A stretch of 64,000 nucleotides of DNA, from NCBI GenBank assembly GCA_976551045.1, contig CDPCPM010000060.1, positions 3,534,001-3,598,000 on the forward strand, written 5' to 3'. Below, one piece after another: positions 39,870 through 52,600 of this stretch (the stretch's first letter is position 1; each line of letters begins with the position of its first letter). The notes under the pieces were generated by a model. That model was not told where the DNA came from, ran no database searches, and saw only the letters and a program-made list of their open reading frames with translations. The translations under genes and the position numbers were made by a program. The stretch comes from Glaucostegus cemiculus. Taxonomy: Eukaryota.

Positions 39870-40570
39870 TTCAATAAAAACAGAAACTGCTGGAAATACG
39901 CAACAGGCAGCATCCATGAGGAGAAAAACAGTTCACATTTCAGGTCAGTAACCTTTTGGAAGGAAACAGGCTTTAATTTGCAAAAAGTCGTTGGGAGGTG
40001 GGGTGGTGCAGAGAGGTGAAAGGACAAAAATGAATATCTGTGAAAGAATGGAGGGTGGGAGGGATAGATTGTCAGCGGTGGTGGTGCAGGGTGAAAGAGG
40101 AAAGGAAAGGTGTGTATGGAGGAGGTGGAAACGGAGACAGTGAATAATATCTGAGATACCAGAAGAAGAGAAAAGAAAACTGCTGGAAATGAGAAATATA
40201 ATTTGGACTGGCCAATTATCTGGAATAGTTGAATATATTGTTTAACCCTGAATGCCTAGTCAGAAGATGAAATCCTTGTTCTTGAGTTTACATTGAACTT
40301 CATTGAAAAAGTGTGAGAGGCAAAGATGAAAAGGTGAGCGTAGGAATGAGATGGAGAACTAAACTGTTTTCCATCCTTTCACAGACATCCTTTTTTTTAT
40401 TTTCACTACCACTCCTCCCTTTTTCAGCAACTTAAAGCTTGTTTCATTTCTCACTACTTCCACTTCTGATGAAAGGTCTTCAGCTCAAAACGTTAGATCC
40501 TGTTTCTGTGTCCACAGGAGCTGCCTGATCTGCTAAGTATTTCCAGAATCTGCAGGGTTCTGCTTTTGGA
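39870..40570. mobile_element. PLE derivative with inverted pLTR ends
   Basis: Left ctgctggaaatacgcaacaggcagcatcc; right ctgatgaaaggtc...gctgcctgatctgctaagtatttccag; internal minus-strand GIY-YIG C-terminus at about 40215-40365. Confidence 0.75.
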
Positions 40571-40624
40571 TTATTGATGTTAGATGTTTATTCCAGTTTT
40601 ATGTAAATTCCCTATTTCCAGGCA

Positions 40625-40907
40625 GTGAAATGGCCTCTCAGCTCCAGCAGCCTCCAGTAAGGTCTGTGTGAAGTTTGCATGTGACAACATGGGTTTCCTT
40701 TGGGAACTCTTGTTTCTTCCTGTATCCCAAAGACATGCAGGTTGGGAGGCCACTGTAAATTGCTGGAGGTGTTATTGGGTAGTAAAATCAGGGACAGGGG
40801 AGAGGACATGTTAATGGGAACGTGTGGAGTATAGTTTATTTAGGAAATTAGTTTGGAAATTGGGTTGTCCCATGAGCTGACATAAACTTGATGGGCTGAA
40901 TGGCCTA
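40625..40907 (+). mobile_element. Decayed V-SINE
   Basis: gtctgtgtgaagtttgcatgt...gggtttcc...atcccaaagacatgcaggtt...gatgggctgaatggcct. Confidence 0.7.
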
Positions 40908-41894
40908 AATACGAATATGAAAGTGTGGGATTGAATTAATTTCTCCAGATCAATTGTCCAGTCTCTGTAATACTGCTCTGGTAACTGAATTACTATGCTT
41001 CAGAACAAATGTAATACACATCGTTTTTTTCAAAGATGTTAATGAATTTTTATTTGCAGCATAGTGAGTGCAGGAGAGTTTGCCCTTTTGGCCAGTATCA
41101 GCTTCAATGAATTTAGATAGCAGCATATACTGTATGTCCCATCAATGGATCTATACCCAAAATCAGTGTATCTCTGGCGAGAAAGATCACACCATAAAGT
41201 TTTTAAGATTGATTTATTATTAGACTAGAACATTGTGGACTTATGACACCAGAAACTGGGTTGAAAATGTGCAGATTTATTTTATGTGGGACTCCTAAAA
41301 CTGATAGATGACCAATTTTTACAACTGTATGGATAAGCAGGTAGCACCAAGTCCCTGTTGATTTGAGCATTTTAGTAGACTTCGTCAATCAGATGTATGT
41401 CCATAACCAGATTCCAGACCAGCACAAATTGTCTGAAACCAGCCATTACTTTCAACAAGGTTCGCAAGGTTGACAATCAGCAATAACAATAATTCCAACT
41501 AAAATAGCAAGATTCAGGGCTCATATTGCTGTACAACTAAATATACATGCTGCTTTGACCATTACACTTAGAATCTTGAAGCTCATATATAATAAGGAAA
41601 TTGTTCCTGCAGGCGTGCAGAATACATTATTTGCAATACAGTTAAAAAATCATATTCTGAAATAGAGACCAACGTACCATCGTGTTTCTATATCTGTCAG
41701 CAGAACTATCTCAGAAAATGCCTCCTTGAAACTCATTGCTAATTCATTCTAAGAAAAATATTCTGACTGATACTCATTGCAAGCTAGTTTTACTAGATAT
41801 GTTAAAAGTAGAAACCTATTTTGTGCCTGTCATCTGCCTGACAGAAGCCTTTGGTATTGTTAGCACACTGGGACTAAAAAAGTTGACTTAAGAG

Positions 41895-42270
41895 TTCACC
41901 ATATTCCAAAATACTTTACAGCCAATAAAGTTCTTTAGAAGTGAATCAGAGTTTGAATATAGCAAACCTGGCACCCAATTCCATGCACAGCAAGCTCTCT
42001 CACAAAACAATATCATAATAACCCTTCTTTTTTAGTGATGCTGATATTGACTAAAATTCTCAGAATAACTTTCCTGCTATTCTCCAGAACAGTGTAGTGG
42101 ATTCATTTACTTGAGAGAGCAACTGGCACTTAGCCATATCCCATCCGACAGGTAGAACTCTGAAAGCACAGCCATCCCTCAATACTGCACCAGGTTTTTT
42201 TTTCTCAAGGCTATGGAGTGGGACTTAAACCTCTGGACTTATAGAGAGCTACTAACTGAGCCAAGCTGAT
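41895..42270 (-). mobile_element. DeuSINE-like
   Basis: tttacagccaat...gcacagcaagctc...tccctcaatactgcac...tggagtgggacttaaacc...actgagcca. Confidence 0.7.
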
Positions 42271-43264
42271 GTAAAAGAAGTAAAAGATTTGAAGGAGAAA
42301 AAGAAACTATTCACCAGCCTACAGCAGTCAACTCAAAAATCATGTACTAAATTATGGCTGCATCTATAGCTTATGAATCAGGGCATTATGCCATGTAAAA
42401 GCCCATTCCAGAATATACATTGCTTCTATGACTTGAGGAATATGTGGCTAAGACAACATTTAAACAGATAGTGATGCATGGAGCTCTAGTTTATTCTGAA
42501 GAACATGGGTTAGTTTACCTTGGTGTCAGCTCACTTAATGTCATTTCCTGTTAATAGCCAATTTGTTATTAAGTTCTGACTCTTTTTATTACCTCCTGCA
42601 CTTTTAAATGCAGGTAACAATGTTTAGGTTCTCCCCTTCTAGTACTGATATTTCAACCTAGAAAGCTGGTCAGGTCAGAAGACATCTTGAGCAAGTAGGT
42701 CAGGGGGACTTGCATCTCTGATTCCTCTCTGCTCGGTCTTCAATATCTTAAGGTGCTGACAAAACCAGGAAGTTAATATGTGGGAGCCTGTAGGTTTGAA
42801 TGGATGTACCCACTGACCTGCCAATTTTTGATTGTCCATTAATTGTTAACTCTCTCCACTTGTATGTTAGCATCAGTTTGTATTTATTAACTACCAGAAA
42901 CAGATAATGGCAGCTTTCTCTGAAGAAGTGGTCTTTTCAGAATCACCCCTAAACTGCAGATCTAAAGAAGTAACTGTAAAAATGGCTGATTAACTTTACA
43001 GAGGCTTTATTGTAAAATAGTGAAACTTAAATTATCCTCTGAGGAATGCTGCATCATGTTGGAGAAAGGCACTGTTACTGTTGCTATCATGTAGTTTTTT
43101 TGGCTGCAACTTGTTATATATTGATCCCATGCACCATGACTAATTGGTTGCCTCACAGAAGAGGATTTTCACACCAGTAAACATATTTTATTGCCAGAAA
43201 ATATGCATCATATTGTCAAAAGGCACCACTGCCAGCATCTCAGTAGCTGGCTCCACAAATCATC

Positions 43265-43610
43265 ACTACACAATAACAATTTGTACATTACCCTTTTAAA
43301 AAAAAGTCTCAGGCTGCTCCACAAAGACATAAGGAAAATAAAATGTATGTTGAGCCAAAAGATTGGAGGAGTCATTAAAACAGATCCAAAAAGTTGGTTC
43401 TTAAGAAGCGTTTTAAAGGAACAGTGGGAGGAGAGTGAGGCTCTGGCAGCAAATCACAACATGATTTCTGGACAGTGAAATGCACAGCCATCATTGATGG
43501 GGAAAAAGGAAAGAGAGAGATGTTTAAGAAGCCAGAATTAGAAGACTTATTGCACTGAAGGAAGCTACAGAAGTAGGAAGGACAGTTTCATGGAGGAACT
43601 TGAACATAGT
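43265..43610 (-). mobile_element. L2 LINE 3' fragment
   Basis: aacaatttgtacatta... and ggttcttaagaagcgttttaaaggaa, as in the element at 20470. Confidence 0.5.
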
Positions 43611-44654
43611 GGTGTCAGAACCCTAGTTATTCATATTTACCAATTTAGGAAATAAATCAGTTATTTTAATCATCTCCTCTATTTAGTCTCATATTGTCCA
43701 GGAGTAAGAAAAGCTGGTTGAATCTTTCCTTCCTGTTTTGATGGCCCAGAGTCAACTGTTGTACTTGTACTATCTCCCTAACTGAGATCCAATTGTTCCA
43801 TTCTGTGAGAAGTTGAACCCAGGCTCTCCTTTTCTCTGTAGAGGGTTCACTCAGACACTGGATAGTGGCTTTTCCCACTGATCCATTTAGGGAGCTTGCT
43901 AGTTAGATTTGTTTTTGGAGCATGTTTATTGGACTCTTCTCCCTCCCTTTCCAAAAAGGGCAATAAGAAGGATACAGCACTGTAGCACCTTCAATAAGCC
44001 CATCAACTTGATCTTGCAAATGTGCCTTTCCATTTACTTGCTGTCTAACAGCATTTGGTACAGTGCTGCAAATAGCACTTGGTCTGTCCTTGTCACTGCA
44101 GCTGGTAATTTGATCGTGTGTTGCTCTAAGAATATTTTATGTTCATTTTTATTTCAAAGAAAAGAAAATCTTAAAAGATAAATCTTGATGCATTTATTTA
44201 GTTGCCTTTATAGAGAGCTGGATCAGCAGAATTCAGCTTGTGTAAATGGGTGATGCAGCTCACAATCTCTGCTGTTTTGGTAACTGGGATCTTTAGTGAG
44301 TCTGAAAGAGTCTTAAGTGCTTATGACCACTGTAATGAATGAAAATGACTCCAGAGCACTCCATTAGTTTGAATTGTCACCGTAGCAATAAAGTGCTATT
44401 CTCAAAAAGGAAAGGAAGATCCTGTAAGTAAGAACTGTGTGTAGTATTTACTGTACATATGTATTATTTATGAGGAGAATTGCAGCTGGAACTTGTTCCG
44501 ATTACACAAAAAGGTTTAAGTTTAAAGCTCCAATATTTTATTGGAAAATATTAAAGTATTCCTGTTCCACATCTAGGACAGTATTTATTCTCTTTTTATT
44601 AGGGATAATTTTGTCCCACAATCTTCAAAAGTTATATTTCACACTAATAAAATA

Positions 44655-44752
44655 ACCATGGAAAATGCTGGAAACATTCAGCAGGTCAGGCAGCATCTGT
44701 GGAAAAAGAAACAGAGTAAATGTTTCAGGTTGAAAACCCTTGATCAGAACTG
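44655..44752 (-). mobile_element. Solo PLE pLTR end with hammerhead-like motif
   Basis: Minus strand: AGUU-CUGAUCA-AGG(GUUUUCAA)CCU-GAAA-CAUU-UACU, followed by ccacagatgctgcctgacctgctgaatgtttccagcatttt. Confidence 0.75.
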
Positions 44753-47700
44753 ATGCACATTTAAAACAATGATATACATTTGATCAGGTTTGATGAGGGC
44801 ATGTATCAGTTAATGGCCACTGGAAGGCATCAGATGGTGCTGGTCACAGAATAAAAACAGTATTGCTCTGCAAGCTGGCCTGTTTCAGTGCCTTTATTGC
44901 AAACTTGAGAAATACAGGTGGAAGTCAGGAAGTGTGCTGCAGCGAACCATCAATATTCCAAAGATTTGGAGTTACAAAAAGGTTGATATGTCATGGTTAA
45001 GAAATGTAAATAAAGGTAGATTATAAGAAGAGATGACGTGAAGTCAGAAGTTGCACTAAAATCTAAGAAATAAAGGACTAGATCATTAACCAACTGGAAG
45101 CCACCTGAGTGGTTGCCTGTCATTGGACTGTGCTGTTTATTTGAGCTGAATCTGATGTCTTCTTCTGGGAGGCCACGTCTGAGCTCACAAGTGAGGTCAA
45201 TTGCAGCAGAATGCAGTGCAGGGGCTCCTTGGGGACAGCCAGTAGACTGCACTCCCATAAAGACATTGACAGGTGGCAAGGTACTGCCCCCAGTTGGCTG
45301 CCAAAGCTCTCACTTAAACTCAACATTTGTCACCCAGAGGGTATTAACAAAAACAATGATTAAATAAAATGATTAGAACCAAATATTTTCTAACATATTG
45401 AAGCACTAAAGTGTGCTCATGCACATTTAAAACAATTATATACATTTAAACTACAATTAAATCAAATGAAAAGGTGCTCCCGGCAGGCATTTCATGATCA
45501 TTTCAATAGACGGCTGGACTTGCATCAGATTAACCGACTGCAGGTTCAGCAGGCACATTTCCCTGCCTGAGTGTTGGAAAATCAGTAGATGTTTCTGCTC
45601 TCCCTTTGGATTCTCGGTGGAGTGCCAGTATTGGAGCCAAAAGCTTATTGGAGTAGAAGACTGCATTTCTGCCTATGCATAACAGTCCTGAGCTTCTGCT
45701 CAGTTAAGTGTTTAAAGACCAACAAATCCAACCAACCTGCTAACTTTTAAGCAGAAGATCTGTCCCTGAGTTTAGAGGAAAACTCAGTGCAAGTGACAAA
45801 TCTAAAATTCATATTCAAACTGTAGGGAGGAGGAACTGGAGATTGGGGGAAGAAAGAGAATAAAATTCCATAACCATTAAGCAATATAAGAGAGCCTGCA
45901 ATAGAGAAAGAGTGGCTGAAGTTCAGAGATTAAATACAAAAGATGGATCTCACAACTGAAATCAAAGAACTTCTGGACTCCAATTCTTTCCTCTCTAGTG
46001 TAATAATTCTCAACTTTGTCTCTATTATTATTGAATATCAGTCAGCCGTATTTTTTCATTGCTGATTATTCTAACAAACGACACCATGTCCTGATTGTGA
46101 TGCAGGTGTTTAAAATTCATTTCCATTCAATTAGCACAATGCAACCTCTCTTCCTCACTTAGCATGGCCAATTATGGCATCCACATAGACATCCTTGCCT
46201 GACTACTCTTTGCCAACTTGATGAATTGAGTCCGCGTGCTTGCAATGCTACAATGTACAGTGTTCTGCATAATTTGGGACTTCCTCGTATATACAGCATC
46301 CTTAAAATAAAGACATTAGTGCCCTGGGGCAGTGGCTAATAACTAGAAAGGCAGAGCGGCATCCAACAAAGCACTATAAAACAGTGAGAAAACTGGTTTC
46401 AATACTGGGGAGATTTTAAGACATTTCACTCACCATGGTAAGTGTTTTCCATTAATTAATATGCCTTGCTTTTGATTACCGGTGATAAAAGAGGATTTTA
46501 CATTTTAAATAATCTGGATTTAAATATATTTTCAAGAGAATGTTGCTGTGGATGCTGATTACAATAATACTGCAGGGTAAAAGAAACAGCATTGACTCAG
46601 ACAGTGCCCTGAGTTACAGTGGTTCAACCATCCCCATACCTCACCATATGCAGTTCTGTAGCTTGTTCAAGCCTGCAGGAATTGCCAGTCGCATTGGCAT
46701 AGAAACTGATGACTCTGAATTCTCTGGCTGATGTTATATGCAGTTCAGATGCTGTCTTTAAATCCATATGTTGTTATTTTTGCAAACTGTTTGCATTTTA
46801 ACTAGGCTTAATTTAAAGCATTTACATTTTGGATAAACTAAAAAAAACTGTTCTGATTGTCAAGAAATGCCAGGGAAGTGGATGTGTTTGCATAATTGTT
46901 GGATCTACTGATGATCAATCAAGTATAAAGGGGATAATAGGTTTTAACATTCTAATTATTGTTACTGTGTATTGTTCAGTAGATTTTCCACCAAGCTGGA
47001 GGATGTCCTGGTTGATTTTTGTTCCATAGCCCATATTTACTGATGTTGATTTTACTACACACTCCAATCTTTCTTTTTCTATTGTAATCATTCTCATCTT
47101 TGTCTATCATTAGATTTCAGTGTGCTTGCATTTTTAATTATTGATGAGGGCATATTCATCAATCTTAACCCTGTCACTTAGAGATTTTAGTTCTGATGAA
47201 TCAAATACACTATTTCCAGTGGAATCAAAGGCAATTCTGGCCAAATTACATGAAGAATAATGGGATGTCCCAATGACATATAAAAACCATTGATGGAACA
47301 TTGAGTATTGACTCTTTGCAATCACATTGTGGTTTACTTGACCATATAATTGAAAGCTCCCTACATAACAAACTGTGCCAGTTTTGGTCAGGGAGCTGAT
47401 ATGCCCATATTCCATAATTATGAAGGGTGCATGATTCAATCACATCACATTTATAGTAGCTGGAGATTTAAATGTAAAGAGAATTTAACGTGTTTCAATA
47501 AGAAAATTCGGAAGGATTTGGATTGGATTTTACTACTGTTTGGTGCATTGGCAATACATTTAGGTTGTTAATTATATAATTGCTTTGACTGTAATCTTAG
47601 CTCTGAAGTTACACTTGAATATTTTTTATCCTTGTGTACAAATTTCTTCTTTAATATTTTAATATCTGATCACTGTGAATGAATGAAGGAGCTTCCAAAT

Positions 47701-48409
47701 GCTATGTTTGAGAAGAACCCTTTCATAATTGAAATAGTTTACACAAATGAAACAGTGATAAAATAAATACTGTGAAGAATAAGGTGACAAAGTCTGTGAA
47801 CTGTTACCATAAGTGTTCTTAAGTTAAATGCAGATTCATTCCCAACTAAAAATTTTCTGAAAACAAAATTACTTTGACCATTTTATTTCAATTTACATAA
47901 TTCATATGTGGTTCTAAACTTGACAAATGCAGTATTAAACATAATCCCTTTTAGATGTGACCTGCCCCTTTAAGAGAAACACTTTGAAATATACATCTTT
48001 ATTAGACCCTGGTTCTAACCCATGAAGCTGTGGTTGAAAAATCATACACCACAGATGAGTCTCTCAGCCCACAATAAAAAAAAGCCTCATGGTATAAATA
48101 GAACAGATGGTTGCCAGCTGTGGAATATGACTGCTATAGCACTCGCGAACACGACCAATGTAACCAGCCAGCAGTGCTCTGGTTCATGTGCTGTGGAGTC
48201 ACATACCACAGCCGTGCACTGCTTGCTTGCCTTTTCAGCCTTTATCATTCTTTTAATGAAATGTCAATTCAAGGTATGGGAAAAATCGCATTTTCAAACT
48301 TCGTTTGCTCTAAATATTAAAGAGTTCAACCAAGGTCCTATTCATACTTCATTCACAGTCTTAAGAAGATTACAACTTAAAATCACATTATTTGAGCTGT
48401 TCAGAATAG

Positions 48410-48790
48410 CTGCTGTAAGTGGAACTGAATCATACCAGGAAATCCCAGCTTTAATCATCAGTCTATGCTGAGCTGGATAACCTCATACGGGGCCTGACCA
48501 GCATTAGTACTCTAATTAGCTAGCTAGCCCCTTGAGCTTGGGTAAGAAAATGACATCAAATGATCCAGCTCATGATTACTAAGTGGCATTGGAAAGTGTA
48601 TTTGTAGATACATGGTAAGGACAGGATTGAGTTTAACAGTGATATCCTCAGTCAAGTACCCTGTCAGTACTTCTCACTTAGGCACCTTTGCACATAAAGA
48701 ATAGCCATTTGGGAAGAAACCAAAGAGCTGACAGTACCCATTCAACACTTTCCGAACGAGTTAGTATTTACAGCAAAGGAAGGGAGGAAA
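48410..48790 (+). mobile_element. Ancient SINE (AmnSINE2-like, from remembered consensus)
   Basis: actgaatcataccaggaaatcccag...tctatgctgagctg...ggaaagtg...aggacaggatt...cacataaagaatagccatttggg. Confidence 0.5.
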
Positions 48791-48859
48791 AGTTTCTATG
48801 CAAGTCCAAAATCAAATTCCAGCAGCATCTTATTGTGATAGGTCAGGCTGGATAATTCT

Positions 48860-49220
48860 AACATTCTCTTTGATTCCAGATTTTCAGCAACTGCAGTCAT
48901 TTGCTTCTCACATTTCCAGCATTGTTCTTGTTTCTTTTTCCTCTATCCTTAGTCATCTCTTTCTATTTACATCTCCTGCAGAACTATCAGCTGTGACTAA
49001 CAGTCCTCTCTAACTGATACCACCTCCATATGTCATTTAGTCTTCCCTGGTCTCCACCTTTACACAGATATTGCTTTTGTGGTCTCCAGTGCTCACCCTT
49101 CTCCACAACTTAAAGCATCTTTGATCTTGAACTTTTCCTTTTGGTCATTGGCCCAAAACATTAACTCTATTGCTCTTTCCACTGTTGTTGCCTGACCTGC
49201 TGGGTATTACCAGCCATTTC
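48860..49220 (+). mobile_element. PLE 3' end / pLTR remnant
   Basis: cccaaaacattaactct...ctttccactgttgttgcctgacctgctgggtattaccagc. Confidence 0.6.
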
Positions 49221-49477
49221 CCTTAATATCAGTGGACATAGAAATTTATATGCAATGAGAAATGATTCTAGAATTGTAAAATTGACATTTACTCATGTAT
49301 GTGTGCCCTTGTCCATACATAATGTATAACTGACATGGCATGACAGTCTGAGTTTTAAAAATGGCATCAGATGTTCTGTCACCAAAAATATGCAGGACCA
49401 AGTCACCACATCGCATTAATTCACCATCTGTAACTATTAAACCTGTATATCAAATGAAAATGTACTTGTAGCAGTGC

Positions 49478-49630
49478 CAGAGTGGCTTAGTTGATACATT
49501 TACTGCCTATTGTGAAACTGAGCCACCTAGACCAGTAAAGTTCCAGTTTTGATCCTAATTCTGTGCTTCTTTTAGCTGATCTTATTCAAGTTATTTTTTG
49601 GGGGCATTATAGTTGGTCTCAGCATTGGTG
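49478..49630 (+). mobile_element. Ancient SINE 5' part (AmnSINE2-like)
   Basis: gagtggcttagttg...actgagccacctagaccagtaaagttccagttttgatcc...tgtgct...ttagctgatct. Confidence 0.5.
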
Positions 49631-52600
49631 AGGTGGAGAACATTTCAAGGATTCAGTTTTCAATCTGTATTCAGAATAGGTAAACACAGATAGTGGTGAA
49701 TAATAACAGAAAATGCCAAAAACCACCGGTTGCACATTGTGCTGCTGTGAACTGAAGTGTGCTTGTGTCAGTAGATGGGTTACTTGTGAACATTCACCGT
49801 TCAGATGCACTTATAATTAGTGGCTAGTTGGGCATCTGGTGAGTGCCTATAGAGTCTCTCTAGAACATGGCTCAGAGTCTTTGCATGAAAAGAAAACACT
49901 ATGGTGGTTGGAAAACAAATTAAGATCATTGAAAATATATTTATTTGCCAAGCTGTTACTGACTCACCCACTTCAATAATATCAAGTCTCTTTGTGTCCC
50001 CAACATGTATTGTTTTATTGCAACATATTCTCTCTGAATTTGTACTATAATATATTTTGGTGTGGACCTTGGAATATGCTGGGAGTGCTGCTAAACTCTA
50101 ACCATGAAAACATCAACAAGACACCAGGACTTTCTAAACAAGGGAATACACTTAATGCTGGTCTAACAGAAGTCAAACCAAAGCGTGTTACTTCCATCAT
50201 ATAAATGCATGATGTCATCACATGATATAACCACCTGATTACACATAAATAAAAATACGTGAATACAATTCAGTTTTTAAAAGAAAAATACCCAATGATC
50301 ATACACGCTTTAAATATATTGGTCTCAAACTGTTTTTGCAACAATGCAGGTTCCCTGTAAAATTTCAGTGTCTGTTTGGTATGGGAATTATAACATAAGA
50401 AACAGAATAGAAATTTGTGCAATCTTACTTTTGCCATGTAAGATGTTTTCCATCGTTTTTCTGTATCCTCATCTTTCATATTTTTATAGGATTGTATATT
50501 CATTGAAATCATGTTTAATTTGAAAAATGCAACAAACTCCTTTGACGGTTCTTAAGTACATTATTCCTCCCTCCCGATACATTCTTTGATCGGTATTCAG
50601 GTCACAGAACCCATAAAGCACATACTTTTTAAATGAATATACTTTATTCATTGTAAGGCATGCTTTTCCTTAATTCTTCAAAATGAATTTTAATTTGGCC
50701 ACAGTAGTTTGAAAACAACTGAACAAAAGTATTGATATTTCAGAAATGAGACAGTTACTACAAAGACAGCTGTGCATCAATAGGTAAAGAGCCACCAGCT
50801 TCTCAGGACGAAGTAGATAGGCAGTAAGTGCAGCCTTCCCAGATTGCTTAGATTCTGAGAATTAAAAAAAAATGTTGTTTAAGTAGCAAATTTATGGGTA
50901 GTAGCTTGGGTTAAATTGAGTGCAATGCTCTTGGATAAATTAGAAAACAAATACTTGCCTGGTATTATTTTTGCAGATATTGATCTCATTGGCAGGAAGC
51001 AGGAAGAGTATTGATCTATCCAAGATGATTCCTACTCCCATATCTCCTAAAATGTCTCTCACATTCCAGGAGAGGACACAGTAGAAAAATATGCTTCTCA
51101 CTTTTAATGTCCAGTCACTCTTTCCTCTGAGTTTTACTCCCTTGTTCATTCTAAGTTTCCTTTACATTTATATTTCCCTGCCCATCCTAACATTTTTTTG
51201 TTGTTTCTTTACAATTACTGCCCACAGTTTTTAGAAAATCAAAGTTGTGCCATTAGTACTGAATTCATTTTCTGTTCACTTTTTTTAAAGCATAATTGTG
51301 TCCTCCATTTGTGGAATATGGACCTTGACCTGGATTTATCAGTGTGTTTTTCTGTAATGAGCTTTGATAATTTTAAATCTTTGAAGTACATTAATGTATG
51401 TAAAAGTTAAGTTAATTTATTCAATTCCAATGCATAAATCATCCTAGCTCTTTGCTTGAAATATACAGCATCACTCAACATCTCTTGGGTGAAGCATAAT
51501 CTGATGTAACAGACCTTTTACCTAGACCATCTGTTAAATAAAATAACCTTCTTATGTCACATTGATAAAATATTGCACTTCAGAGTTTTATGGCAGATGA
51601 CAGACTTTGTATGGTTTATGATAGTGCATGGATTTGAAAGCCATTGAAGCCAATATGAAGGTGCAAATTGCATATCAGATCATAAGCAGCTAAGATTCAG
51701 AGAGAACTTTTGAAGTCAATAATAGCAGAAGCACTTTGTAAAGTTTGTTTCATGAATGTTTGAACTCCAGCTTGCTACAGTAGGAAAAACTTGCATTTAT
51801 ATAATAACTTACCACACCCTATGAAAACATCATCAAGCATACAGTGAACTACCTAGAAACATGATGAAAATATTCAACAATGCTTTGGTACTTTGATAGT
51901 GTTTCACATAAGTGGAATACCATTAAAAGACTTCTCTCAGGAATAAAACAGAAGAATAAAGGATCAATCCAAACAGTAGATATAATGTTCCTTTAATTTG
52001 CCAAAAGAATTAGGTGTCTAATTTGAGCAGAGATTGGCTGACTTTTTGGAGCATAAAACTTGTGCAAAGCACATCCATTTAGCAGTCAGATGGCCTTAGC
52101 CTAATCTGAGTTCTACTCCTAAATTTTTGGTGCTTATTTCTTGGTCTTTGAACAGATGCCTAATTAAGCCTCGTGAATAAGTTAATGAGGCCTAAAGCCT
52201 TTGGAAGGACCCTTTTTACAATTCTTTCCTGTTGAACAGTGCAGATATTGAGAATTTATATAAATTTTGAAGTCACTTCTTAATGAGTCAGAAGGAACAG
52301 AATACTCTCCTGATGCCTCAAGTGTTATGATCCTTCCCATAGCAGACCTCCACAACCATTCTCCTTCACAGAATTACAGTTACCCTAGGTAAAGAAATAT
52401 CTGTCATATATGCAAGTCTTTTCTCTTCAACAAATCAAAATAAGAATTGCAGCAATAAAATCCCATGCAAGATTTTGCCTGAGCTTTCTCGACTGTCAGA
52501 CTGCAGTTCCCTGGAGCAATTCAAGCTGATTTAACATCACTCAGTTTCATTTTTCTCTCTTGTTTAATAATGTGCAGTTCACTCTGTCCAGCTTTGATTT

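Noticed and set aside
43350-43375. aaagattggagg as the next SOX6 exon (SKDWKEK)
   Set aside because: Flanking translation does not match MEKLLSKDWKEKME, and it lies in an L2 fragment.
48022-48471. Longest ORF in the window (149 aa)
   Set aside because: No recognisable domain; runs into a SINE; this length is expected by chance in 64 kb.
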